Shown piece by piece: positions 19,310 through 28,692 of a stretch of 64,000 nucleotides of DNA. The notes beneath the pieces are model-generated. The model did no database searches. It worked only from the letters and a program-made list of their open reading frames with translations, and was not told the origin of the DNA. Source of the stretch: Candidatus Bathyarchaeota archaeon (lineage in GTDB: Archaea; Thermoproteota; Bathyarchaeia; Hecatellales; Hecatellaceae); the NCBI GenBank assembly GCA_052246995.1, contig JBQPWD010000002.1:32001-96000 (forward strand). The letters run 5' to 3'. How positions within the stretch are numbered: position 1 is the stretch's first letter; the number at the start of each line of letters is the position of its first letter. Made by a program: the position numbers and the translations under genes.

Positions 19310-20509
19310 TTAGCTAAATTTTTCCAGCTTAACCTTCCAAGCACCCATTAAGCTTGAAGCTATAAGGCTTATTATTGCTCCGTACATAAATGTTAATTCA
19401 GGGTTTACCTGCCACAATAAACCTGCAATCAAGCTTGCTGGTAGGGCTACAAAGCCTGTTAAAGTATGGAAAACACCCAAACCCGCACCTCTTAATTCTT
19501 CCGGTAAGAGGTTTGATGCGTAAGCTCTTTGATTTGCCTCAATAAAAGCGTAAGCTAAACCGTAAAGACTGAAGAACGCTATAAACAATGGTAGTGATTG
19601 TGCAAACATAAAGCCTAAACATGTTAAGCTAAAAAGAATGTAGCCTAGGAAAAGAATCCTCCTTCTACCCAGTTTATCTGAAAGAATTCCTGAGGGTGTT
19701 GAAAATAAAGCGTAAACAAGGTTAAACAGGATATATAAAAGAATTGGAAAAGCCTGAGAATAACGTAATGGAAATGTTTTGGCAAAAGCTTCTTGAGCCT
19801 TAAGAATGAAAAACATGTACGTGAAGTTTCCAAGAGAATAAAGAGTCACGATTATCAAGTAAAACATAAAATTTCTAGGAAGTCCTTTAAGGCTAAGACT
19901 TAAACTTCTTAGCTTAACAGGCCTGATTTTTACATCCCTAACTGGGATAAGTGGAATTAGAGCAAAAAAAGCTATTAAAGCTGCCATCATAAGTATAACT
20001 CTAAACTCAAAGCCTAAAACCCAGAAAAGGATGAAGGATAAAGATGCACCTAAAACAGCTCCACCAGTATCCATAGCTCTATGAATTCCGAAAGCTTTAC
20101 CTCTAACATCTTCTGATGTCGAAGCTGCTATTAAAGCATCTCGTGGTGCTGTTCTCAAACCTTTTCCAACTCTCTCCAAAGGTGTTAACACAAGTAAGTG
20201 ATGCCAAACTGTAGAAAGTGGAAGAAAGAGTTTTACGATTGAAGATGTAAGGTATCCTGTAAATATGAATTGCTTCCTTTTTCCAGCTTTATCTGAAAGG
20301 TACCCTGAGAAAACTTGTAAAATGCTTTGGATGCTACTACTTAACCCTCCAATTAACCCGACAATAAACGCTTCCCCACCTAAAGCAACAATAAACATTG
20401 GTAAGATTGGCATAATCATTTCACTACTAACATCTGCTAAAAAACTCACAAGCCCAAGCAAGACTACGTTTATCATCAATGATTTTTTTACATGTCTATT
20501 ATTTTGCAT
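19310..20509 (-). CDS. MFS transporter
   Basis: GYLSDKAGKRK and GILSDKLGRR motif A in both halves; about 12 TM segments. Confidence 0.92.
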   Translation of the reverse strand: MQNNRHVKKSLMINVVLLGLVSFLADVSSEMIMPILPMFIVALGGEAFIVGLIGGLSSSIQSILQVFSGYLSDKAGKRKQFIFTGYLTSSIVKLFLPLSTVWHHLLVLTPLERVGKGLRTAPRDALIAASTSEDVRGKAFGIHRAMDTGGAVLGASLSFILFWVLGFEFRVILMMAALIAFFALIPLIPVRDVKIRPVKLRSLSLSLKGLPRNFMFYLIIVTLYSLGNFTYMFFILKAQEAFAKTFPLRYSQAFPILLYILFNLVYALFSTPSGILSDKLGRRRILFLGYILFSLTCLGFMFAQSLPLFIAFFSLYGLAYAFIEANQRAYASNLLPEELRGAGLGVFHTLTGFVALPASLIAGLLWQVNPELTFMYGAIISLIASSLMGAWKVKLEKFS

Positions 20510-20573
20510 TGTTAAAAATTAAGCAGCACCTTACCCTATTCTTTAATCGGTAAAAGTAAGTATAAATATATCC

Positions 20574-21227
20574 TTAAATATCTAACTTTCTCCTTAAGGA
20601 AACAACTTTCCCAGCAATTTCCGTTATTCTTTTTTTATGTGTTGTAACAATGACGGTTTTCTTGTTAAGTATTTCTCCTTTAAAAAAAGCCAAGATGATA
20701 TCCAATGTTAACGGGTCAAGAGTCTCCAAAGGTTCATCCATTAACATTATTGGTGGGTCTGATACAAGTGCTCTAGCAACAGCTACTATTTGTTTTTCAC
20801 CTGCACTCAAAGTTGAAACCCTTCTTTCAAGGTAACCATTTATAAATGCTTTTTTCGCAACTTCTTCTATTCTTTTTTTCCTATCTGCCTTTTTAATGCC
20901 GAGAAAAACCAGTGGAAGTTCAAGGTTTTCATAGACTGATAGTTCAGGTATAAGAGTGTTTGATTGAAATACTATCCCCATATTTTTTGCTCTAAAAGTT
21001 GTAATTATGTTCGCATTAAGCTTTACAATATCTACGTTGTTAATTACTATGCTTCCGCTATCCGGATAATCAAAACCTGCAATAAGGTTTAGAAGCGTTG
21101 TTTTTCCACACCCGGTAGGTCCTGTTATGACAACACATTCTCCAACTTTAACTTTTAAGTTTAAGTCCTCAAAAACCTTAATTTGGCCATGTTGGCCATT
21201 ATACGTTTTTTTGACATGCTCTACCAT
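20574..21227 (-). CDS. ABC ATPase of the LolD/FtsE/MacB type
   Basis: GPTGCGKTT, GIVFQ, LSVYENLELP, LSAGEKQ, MDEP and TTH motifs. Confidence 0.85.
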   Translation of the reverse strand: MVEHVKKTYNGQHGQIKVFEDLNLKVKVGECVVITGPTGCGKTTLLNLIAGFDYPDSGSIVINNVDIVKLNANIITTFRAKNMGIVFQSNTLIPELSVYENLELPLVFLGIKKADRKKRIEEVAKKAFINGYLERRVSTLSAGEKQIVAVARALVSDPPIMLMDEPLETLDPLTLDIILAFFKGEILNKKTVIVTTHKKRITEIAGKVVSLRRKLDI

Positions 21228-21240
21228 TAAAATGTAATCA

Positions 21241-21762
21241 TTATGTGTAAGTAAGGTTCTCTACCACCCTTTTCCTAATTTTCCTCCAAACATTAACTAC
21301 GCTTACAATAATACCGATGGATGTGTAAATGGAGAGTAAGGTTAATAGTAGTATCAACTCGTTAATACTGAAACTTGTTAAGGTGGAAAATGAAAAGAAT
21401 GGTGTAATAAACGGGGTTACAGATATTAACAACGTTCCAAGAGAAGTTCCCAGTATTACACCGCTAAAACCTAAAACTGTTAACTCCACCAATACTGCAT
21501 TTACCATTGTAGACTCTTCTGCTCCAAGAGCTCTAAGAACTCCTAAATCATTATAGATCCATCTTGTAGCGTGAAGAAAGATGCTTGATAATGCTATTAC
21601 CAGGATTGTTGATGAAAAAACTTGTATGGGTAGATTCTTTAAATCGTTAAAACCTAAAAACATAAGCGTAAAACTGGCCACTAAGATAGCTGTAACTAAA
21701 ATTGTAAACTTTAAATATATGCCTTTAATTTTAAACATCTTAAGCGCAATCCAAACAGACAT
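21241..21762 (-). CDS. Minimal FtsX-like permease (4 TM, no large external domain)
   Basis: DLGVLRALGA...VLVE...G...G..LG FtsX/MacB coupling-helix pattern. Confidence 0.7.
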   Translation of the reverse strand: MSVWIALKMFKIKGIYLKFTILVTAILVASFTLMFLGFNDLKNLPIQVFSSTILVIALSSIFLHATRWIYNDLGVLRALGAEESTMVNAVLVELTVLGFSGVILGTSLGTLLISVTPFITPFFSFSTLTSFSINELILLLTLLSIYTSIGIIVSVVNVWRKIRKRVVENLTYT

Positions 21763-21833
21763 CTATCAAACCCATAAATTAGGTTAAGAAGCTGTAACTA
21801 TGTCAAAAATAAAAAATTTGGATTTATGTTTTA

Positions 21834-22550
21834 CTAGCTATCAGGTTGTAATCGAACTGTGAAGGGTTTTTGTTCTTCACTTTTCTTCTCTGATTGGACT
21901 TTAGGTAAGTAATATGTTGACTCTTCTCCTATGGGCGGTTCTGTTTTTGCTGGTTCCTCTTCAATCGGAGAAATAGACTCCAAGCATTTTTTAACATCCT
22001 CTTTTTCTCTAAACGCTTTCTCTATTTCTGATAAAATGTACTCGCTTGCTATTATATATGCTTCCTCACTTAACTCGCCTGTTCTACGTTGAACCTTGAG
22101 ATATCCTAAGAATCTTTCAAAGCTTCTTATGTTTCTATCTACTTCTTCCATCCTTTCAGAAAGCTCTAATGAGATTTCTTTTTGTCCCTCTTCAAGCTTG
22201 CTTATGATTTCCTTGTATTCCTTATAAAATTCTTCGTAAACATAGTCAGGAATTTCTTTATTTTTTAGAAGCTCCTCTAATGCTTTAAACCTGCTATAAG
22301 CTAGCTGAAATTCTTTTCTAAATCTTTCAGCTTCAACTTTCCAGCGTGGTGTAATAACAATATTGTCATCTCTAATTGATATTTGCGGTTGTGAGAATTC
22401 TTCAAATCTCCCTCCACAGTCAACGCCAACCGAGTGTAGTTTACCAGAGAGGTCTAAAGTTAAACCAACAACATATCCTAGATGCCTTCCGTAAATATCC
22501 TTTGCAGGTTTTCCTATAAACTTGCGAAAAGCTTCTCCTTGAATACTCAT
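21834..22550 (-). CDS. cdvA: Cell division protein CdvA
   Basis: FIGKPAKDIYGRHLGYVVG PRC-barrel N-terminus, TPRWKVEA, coiled coil, GELSEEAY, disordered linker and terminal beta-strand KPFTVRL. Confidence 0.88.
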   Translation of the reverse strand: MSIQGEAFRKFIGKPAKDIYGRHLGYVVGLTLDLSGKLHSVGVDCGGRFEEFSQPQISIRDDNIVITPRWKVEAERFRKEFQLAYSRFKALEELLKNKEIPDYVYEEFYKEYKEIISKLEEGQKEISLELSERMEEVDRNIRSFERFLGYLKVQRRTGELSEEAYIIASEYILSEIEKAFREKEDVKKCLESISPIEEEPAKTEPPIGEESTYYLPKVQSEKKSEEQKPFTVRLQPDS

Positions 22551-22588
22551 AAAAAATTCACCTAAAAATTGGTTTAATTAAGTAATTT

Positions 22589-23185
22589 TTAGCTCATTCC
22601 AGTAAAAGCTCTCTTTATTCTCTCAAAGATGGATAAATGCTTTGTGGTTTTCTCCTCACCTACAACTACCCTTTTTTCCTCACTAGCTTCACCAAACTCC
22701 TTTATTTCTTCTATTGGAGAGAGCGGTTCTTCAATTTTTGCCACTGAACCATCATCAAGCATTTCTTTAATAACTTTTGTAAGTTCGCCAGGATCCACAT
22801 TTAACCTTGTTGAACACTCCTTTATGTTTAGAAGTCCATTATGAGTTTTAATGTAATCATACACTTGGTCTTTAAGTTCTTTCTCTCCATCTCCATGTTT
22901 TATAGGGATTTCTTTAACAATGGTTAACTTTATAACTTCATCCATGGTTAAGTTAAAGGTTGGTCGTTGTTCACTGGTTAAACCACTTGTTTGAGATGTT
23001 GTGTTTTCTGTAGGTTGAGTTTTGGTTTCAACCTCAAGCTTCGTTGCTCTTCTAAACTTATGGTTACAATCTTTACACTGATAAACGGTAACGTGTATAG
23101 GTTTTCCTCGCCCACTTTTGGGGATAACGTCCCAAGATTTGTTTGCATTAACATTTTCACTGTTACATCTTGGGCATTTTATCAA
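22589..23185 (-). CDS. Cren7-like zinc ribbon fused to a CdvB-type winged helix and a C-terminal amphipathic helix
   Basis: CPRC..KSW..PKSGRG..CKDC.HKFR; YDYIKTHNGLLNIKECSTRLNVD aligns ungapped with the CdvB C-terminus; ends SIFERIKRAF; GGTGA SD; 38 bp upstream of cdvA. Confidence 0.8.
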   Translation of the reverse strand: MIKCPRCNSENVNANKSWDVIPKSGRGKPIHVTVYQCKDCNHKFRRATKLEVETKTQPTENTTSQTSGLTSEQRPTFNLTMDEVIKLTIVKEIPIKHGDGEKELKDQVYDYIKTHNGLLNIKECSTRLNVDPGELTKVIKEMLDDGSVAKIEEPLSPIEEIKEFGEASEEKRVVVGEEKTTKHLSIFERIKRAFTGMS

Positions 23186-23495
23186 TCCTCTATCACCGCA
23201 AAAATTTTCAGTAAAATACTAATTAAGGGTTACCCCTCTGAAACATCCTGTTTTAAAGCTTAAACCAGCAATTTCTGTGGTATTAAGGCTTTAAATTTAT
23301 ATTTGAAGGTGAAAGTTTACATACACTTCACCAGGATTGTAGTCAAAAATATGTGAAAAATCTTAAACATACCAGCTTTCACTAAGGTTTAACCTTTAAA
23401 GCTTTACCTTAAATACTCCGTAAACATCATAGAATTACGAAAAATAAAGCTAAAAATGCTAAACCTTTAAAAGTTGGGTTTGGAGAGATGGTTTA

Positions 23496-24905
23496 ATGTC
23501 CGACCTTGAAGGATTGGTAAATATTCTTCTGGATAGAGGTTTTCACGAATCAGATATAAAGATAAAACTTGTGGATGAAATTTTAACGTTTAAAAGTGAT
23601 ATATCCAAGGTGAAGGCTGAAAAAATTGCTGATGCTGTCTTAAAAGAAGTTTTAAGGAGCAGAAGTGTTAAACAAGTTAAAAACAAGGTTCTACATGAGC
23701 TTGTTGATTACCCAAAATCTAATGTTTCTATGGGTGTTATGGGTGTAGGCTCACGTGGTGAAGGAGACATATTTGTTCATAAGCTTATTGCAAAGCTAGC
23801 TTCTCTTGGAGGTTTAAACCCGTTTTTAGGGCCTCTTTCTCTTGATGATGCGGGTATGGTTTCGGTTGGAGACCTTATTGTTGCGGTTTCTGTTGATGGT
23901 ACGCATTCAAGGTTAAGCAATTTCCCGTTTTTAGCAGGTTTTCACGTTACAAGAGCATGTTTAAGGGATGTTTACGTTAAAGGGGCTAAACCTATTGCCC
24001 TGTTTGACGACATACACTTGGCTGATGATGGTGATATTGGAAAACTGTTTGACTTTGTTGTTGGAATAAACGTTGTTTCAAGTCTGATAAGGGTCCCACT
24101 GGTGGCTGGAAGCACGTTAAGGGTGGGTGGGGATATGGTTATTGGTGAAAGGATGGTTAGTTGTGTTGGAGCTGTGGGAATTGTTAAAGCTAAACATAAT
24201 GTTACTGCGAAGAGAAACGTAAAGCCAGGAGATGTGATATTGATGAGTGAGGGTGCTGGTGGTGGGACAATAACAACTTCAGCTATATATAGTGGAAACT
24301 TTGATGTTATTCTTGAAACATTAAACCTAAGATTTCTTGAAATATGTGACTTCCTTTTAGAATCAAACCTAATTTCAAAAATTCATTCTATGACTGACGT
24401 TACAAACGGTGGTATACGGGGTGATGCAAACACTATTTGCAAAGAAGCAGGAGTGGGTTTAGTTATAGATGGAAAGATTGTGGAAGAAATGGTTAATGAG
24501 AAGGTTTTAGAGATGCTTAAACATCAATCTATCGACCCTTTAGGTGTATCCTTAGATTCGCTTTTAATGTTTGTGCCCGAGAATTTTTCAGAAGAAATTA
24601 GAAGCCAGATTAGGAAACTTGGGGTTAAAGTTGAACCTGTAGGTTACGTTGTAGATAAGCCTAAAAAGGCTAAGATTATAGTTGATGGTAAGCTTTTGGA
24701 TTTAAAACCAAAATTTAGAGAATCAGCCTATACTGAGGTTAAAAAAGTTGTTGGTGAAAGGTCTCCTGCTAATAAAGTTGAACTTGAAAAGGCTGTTAAA
24801 AAGGCTTTCTACAATTCAATTAAAAAGAGAAACTTTTTCATGGAAATTGTAAAAAGAAGTATGCTCAAAAATAGCAGGATCGGTGAAGCAGGTTATAGTG
24901 GGTAA
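23496..24905 (+). CDS. AIR synthase/HypE-related protein
   Basis: GSRGEGD, DDAG, DGTHSRL and MTDVTNGGIRGD motifs of the PurM/HypE fold. Confidence 0.8.
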   Translation: MSDLEGLVNILLDRGFHESDIKIKLVDEILTFKSDISKVKAEKIADAVLKEVLRSRSVKQVKNKVLHELVDYPKSNVSMGVMGVGSRGEGDIFVHKLIAKLASLGGLNPFLGPLSLDDAGMVSVGDLIVAVSVDGTHSRLSNFPFLAGFHVTRACLRDVYVKGAKPIALFDDIHLADDGDIGKLFDFVVGINVVSSLIRVPLVAGSTLRVGGDMVIGERMVSCVGAVGIVKAKHNVTAKRNVKPGDVILMSEGAGGGTITTSAIYSGNFDVILETLNLRFLEICDFLLESNLISKIHSMTDVTNGGIRGDANTICKEAGVGLVIDGKIVEEMVNEKVLEMLKHQSIDPLGVSLDSLLMFVPENFSEEIRSQIRKLGVKVEPVGYVVDKPKKAKIIVDGKLLDLKPKFRESAYTEVKKVVGERSPANKVELEKAVKKAFYNSIKKRNFFMEIVKRSMLKNSRIGEAGYSG

Positions 24906-24910
24906 CGTCC

Positions 24911-25933
24911 ATGAAAAACCTAGGTGAAGGTAATTTTAAAGTGGTTGTTAAAACACCTTCGAGGCTGCATTTTACACTTATAGATCTTAATGGTGAGGTT
25001 GGCAGAGTTGATGGAGGTATAGGTGTTGCGCTTAACCATCCAGGGGTGAAGGTTGAGGCAACCAGAACAAGTTGTACAGGAGTTAAGGTTGAAGGTTTTA
25101 GAAGAAATTTAGCATTAAAATTTGTTGAAACATTTTTAAGTCATTACAAGCTGAAGCCCTCCGTTAACATCAAAATTGTTAAAGATATCCCTGAACATGT
25201 GGGTTTAGGCTCGGGGACACAGTTAGCATTAGCTATTGCAAAATGTTTAGCTGAAGTTTACGGTATAGTTGCTGATGCTAGAAGGTTTGCGGAAATTATG
25301 GGTAGAGGTGGAACTTCAGGTATAGGTGTTGCAGCCTTTGAAGGTGGCGGATTTATAGTTGATGGAGGTCATAGTTTTGGTAAGGGTAAGCAAAAGAAAT
25401 CCTTTTTACCTTCACACTTCTCCAGGGCTTCGCCAGCTCCTCTTTTAGTTAGGTATTCTTTACCTGAAGACTGGTTTTTTGTTATATGTATCCCTAAAGT
25501 TAATCGTAGGGTTTTCGGTTTACATGAGTTTAAAATTTTCAGGAGGTATTGTCCAATTCCATCCGAGGAAGTTTGTAAGCTTACAAGGATAATATTGATG
25601 AAGATTTTACCGTCAATTGTTGAAAGAAAAATTGAAGATTTAGGCTCAGCCTTAACAGAAATTCAAAGTATAGGTTTTAAGAAGATTGAAGTTCAGCTTC
25701 AACATAAAGTTGTTAAAGATTTGATAAAATGGATGCTTGAAAATGGGGCATGTGGTGCTGGTTTAAGCTCATTTGGGCCTGCAGTTTATGGACTGGTTAA
25801 GGGAAAAAAGAAAGCTGAAAAGCTTGTTAAAAAAGCAGAAAACTTTTTAATTGACCGAAAAGTTGAAGGCGAGATTTTCTATACAAACACAAACAATGTG
25901 GGCGCTGAAGTTTCCAGAATAAGGTTTTCTTAG
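24911..25933 (+). CDS. mptG: Beta-ribofuranosylaminobenzene 5'-phosphate synthase (GHMP family)
   Basis: TPSRLHFTLIDLNG..GRVDGG, PEHVGLGSGTQL, RGGTSGIG and GLSSFGP motifs. Confidence 0.9.
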   Translation: MKNLGEGNFKVVVKTPSRLHFTLIDLNGEVGRVDGGIGVALNHPGVKVEATRTSCTGVKVEGFRRNLALKFVETFLSHYKLKPSVNIKIVKDIPEHVGLGSGTQLALAIAKCLAEVYGIVADARRFAEIMGRGGTSGIGVAAFEGGGFIVDGGHSFGKGKQKKSFLPSHFSRASPAPLLVRYSLPEDWFFVICIPKVNRRVFGLHEFKIFRRYCPIPSEEVCKLTRIILMKILPSIVERKIEDLGSALTEIQSIGFKKIEVQLQHKVVKDLIKWMLENGACGAGLSSFGPAVYGLVKGKKKAEKLVKKAENFLIDRKVEGEIFYTNTNNVGAEVSRIRFS

Positions 25934-25974
25934 TAAAAACTTGTGAAGCTTGAAATTTTAGCTATAAAGAAGCT

Positions 25975-26160
25975 TTATGCAACTTTTAAAGCATACCTGC
26001 CAGGCTTTGTTATTCCAATTTTTTTAGCTAACTCAGATTTTTCAGGGTCTAAAACTATTAAAAGTCCTGAAAAGTTTTCCGTTAAAGATGTACTTTTACA
26101 GTTTGGACATATATTTCCATAAACAATCATATGGCAGTTTAGGCATGCTTTCTCTTTCAC
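25975..26160 (-). CDS. spt4: Transcription elongation factor Spt4 (RpoE'')
   Basis: ACLNC..CPNC, GLLIVLDPEKSE and PGRYALKV motifs. Confidence 0.93.
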   Translation of the reverse strand: MKEKACLNCHMIVYGNICPNCKSTSLTENFSGLLIVLDPEKSELAKKIGITKPGRYALKVA

Positions 26161-26179
26161 TTTTTCTCAACCTCTGTTT

Positions 26180-26764
26180 TTACCTCTTTCTTTTTTCGGG
26201 TTTTGGTTGTGGCTCCATAAGCTTTTTAAGGTCTTCCTCTATCCACTCTAGTTTACCTAGAAATGGTTGCCTCATTGTTACACCAATTTTTCCGCTTGAA
26301 CCTCCTTTACCCATGCTTACAGCAGTAATTCTTACTCTCACTTTGTCACCTGTTGACAGTTTACGCTGGGTTTCTTTTCCAAGTAGCACACCCTTTTTTG
26401 CATCAAAAACAATGTAATCGTCGAGAATCTGGGATACGTGAAGTAAAGCTTCAACAGGACCTATTCTTACAAATGAGCCAAAATCTCCTATTTCTATAAC
26501 TTCGCCTTCAACAACTTCTTGAAGTTCAGGTTTGTAGGTTAATAATGTAAATTCTGCTTGATGGTAGGTTGCTCCGTCACCAGGTAAGATTTTTCCTGAA
26601 GGTGAAACATTAACATCTAAAATAGCTATTATATAGCCTAGCTCAGCATTTAACATTCCCTCGTATTTCTTACTAAGCTCCTCTAAAGCAACAGCCTTAA
26701 GCTCGTGATTAAACTTTCCAGGGGGAATTCTAACAACATCCTGACATTTAACAAGCTCAAACAT
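26180..26764 (-). CDS. rpoE1: RNA polymerase subunit E' (Rpo7)
   Basis: VRIPP, PGDGATY, S1 domain with LLHVSQI, MRQPFLGK. Confidence 0.95.
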   Translation of the reverse strand: MFELVKCQDVVRIPPGKFNHELKAVALEELSKKYEGMLNAELGYIIAILDVNVSPSGKILPGDGATYHQAEFTLLTYKPELQEVVEGEVIEIGDFGSFVRIGPVEALLHVSQILDDYIVFDAKKGVLLGKETQRKLSTGDKVRVRITAVSMGKGGSSGKIGVTMRQPFLGKLEWIEEDLKKLMEPQPKPEKRKR

Positions 26765-27169
26765 TTAATCCACATACCCCTCCAAAACTAGGTGTTTTCT
26801 ACTTCTTGGGTATATAACAGGGATACCTTTATCCCTAAGCTTCTTCTTAAGCCTTATATCTGCTGTGGCAACAATATAACCGTATTTTTCAGCTAAATTA
26901 GCAATGTAATCATCAACATTAACATTTAGGGGTTTTTCTTTAAAATCCATCTTTACACATTTAGTATTGGCAAGTTGAAGTGCAATTTTAGCTTTTCTGC
27001 TTATAGATGCTTTTTTACCGGCCAACTTTTCAACCTCGCTTAAAACTTCCGGTACCAGTATAAACTCAACCTTTGTAGCTAAAAGCTTCTCAACCTCCGT
27101 AAAAATGTCTATCTTAAGGTTTAATGGTAGTAGGAGAAAATTTGAATCAAGTATAACTTTTCTACTCAA
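26765..27169 (-). CDS. Fcf1/Utp24-like PIN domain protein
   Basis: ILDSNFL, VDD and VATAD motifs; usual position upstream of rpoE1. Confidence 0.88.
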   Translation of the reverse strand: MSRKVILDSNFLLLPLNLKIDIFTEVEKLLATKVEFILVPEVLSEVEKLAGKKASISRKAKIALQLANTKCVKMDFKEKPLNVNVDDYIANLAEKYGYIVATADIRLKKKLRDKGIPVIYPRSRKHLVLEGYVD

Positions 27170-27276
27170 CCTACTATTCCCACAAAATTTAAGTTAGTTG
27201 GCAATAAACACTGTTACTCAATGTTATTAGGTTTAGGTTAGGAGAGTTTTTTAAATGTTTCTATTTTTCAAAATAG

Positions 27277-27594
27277 TTAAATAACAGTTGGAGATTTACC
27301 TTTCACGCTTTCTATTTTTTCAATGTTTTGAATTTGCATATCAAGCCACTTTTTAAGTTCTACCGCGGCTAAAGGGCTTAAAATAACTTCTGCTTTTATT
27401 TCTCTTATAATTGAAGGTTTATCGGAAACGTTTTCTCCATAAACTAGGTAGTCAGTAAAAAATGCTATTCTTAAGTCGTATCTATAGACACCTCCAACAG
27501 CTCCAGTGACGTAGATTCTTTTGAAATCTTCTGAATATTTTATTTTTAATGGTATCTGTGTTTCATTCTTGTTTTCTTCTTTTTGATTTACCAT
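27277..27594 (-). CDS. DUF3467-like protein
   Basis: FKRIYVTGAVGG..DLRIAF and EVILSPLAA motifs. Confidence 0.65.
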   Translation of the reverse strand: MVNQKEENKNETQIPLKIKYSEDFKRIYVTGAVGGVYRYDLRIAFFTDYLVYGENVSDKPSIIREIKAEVILSPLAAVELKKWLDMQIQNIEKIESVKGKSPTVI

Positions 27595-27861
27595 ATCACT
27601 TCACTAATAACCTAAAACTTTATAATAGTATTTAACTTCGCTTATCATTCTAAGGTGTTGGTTTGAATGAATAGTAACCTTAGAACTTTATTACAAGCTT
27701 TTTAATTAAACCTTTAACTACTGAAATTTTTAACAAGTTTTTGATTTAACCTGTCTAGTTTTTAATGTTAAAGTTTGAAAAGTAAATCTCTACTTTACCA
27801 TTTCTTTCTTGCTTAAAATTTTATCTATTATTCCTCTAAACCACTTTTTTGGTGTTTTAAT

Positions 27862-28692
27862 GTGGCTTTGCTGGAGAGTTCTAAAAAGACAACTTTGAAA
27901 GCGGGTAGGAAAGCTTTAGCTCTTGGAAGAGTATTTTCCATCCGGTTTGAAGATTTTTCATTTCTTATACCATTAAGTTTAATGCTTCTTTTTTGGGAAT
28001 CTTTATTAAGATTAAATGTTGTTTCGTCAGAAGTTTTGCCAGCACCTTCTCAGATTTTACTTGCACTTTTATTAAATCTTTTAACAAAACCGGAATTTAC
28101 AGCTAGCGTTTTTATAAGTCTTTTAACCATTGGTCTTGGGCTTGTTATTGCTATTTTAGTTACTCTTCCGCTTGCAATTGTAACAGGTCTAAAGGCTAGA
28201 ATTGATGTTTCCATTACACCGTTAATAATGGTTGTTGGCGCTTTACCTGATGTTGCTTTAATGCCTTTCTTCATCTATTGGTTTGGAAAAGGTATGGAAA
28301 CAGCTTTATTGATAGCTGTAATGGTAGCCTTCTTCCCGCTATTCTTTACGTTAAGGGAGGGTGTAAAACACATACCCTCCGACTACTTTCACGCTGCAAT
28401 GGTGTTTAATGCTGAAGGGTTAAAGTTTTTTACGAAGCTTGTTTTTCCAGCAATTCTTCCACAGTTTATAACAGGAGTTAGGCTTGCATACGAGTTTTTA
28501 TGGGAGGTAATATTAGCTGTTGAGGTTATAGCAAGAATTAATGGTGTAGGTTTTCTTATAACTCTTGCAGTTGGGGAAGGTTCTCTTACCCAAGCTTTTG
28601 CAGGTATTTTCATGATTGGTGTCATAGTTATACTTGTCGACAGGCTTATTTTTCAAGTTATGGAAAGCAGAGTGAAGAGGTGGCATGAATGA
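27862..28692 (+). CDS. ABC permease, nitrate/sulfonate/taurine family
   Basis: LPAPSQI, FPAILPQFITGVRLA and GVGFLI motifs. Confidence 0.88.
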   Translation: MALLESSKKTTLKAGRKALALGRVFSIRFEDFSFLIPLSLMLLFWESLLRLNVVSSEVLPAPSQILLALLLNLLTKPEFTASVFISLLTIGLGLVIAILVTLPLAIVTGLKARIDVSITPLIMVVGALPDVALMPFFIYWFGKGMETALLIAVMVAFFPLFFTLREGVKHIPSDYFHAAMVFNAEGLKFFTKLVFPAILPQFITGVRLAYEFLWEVILAVEVIARINGVGFLITLAVGEGSLTQAFAGIFMIGVIVILVDRLIFQVMESRVKRWHE

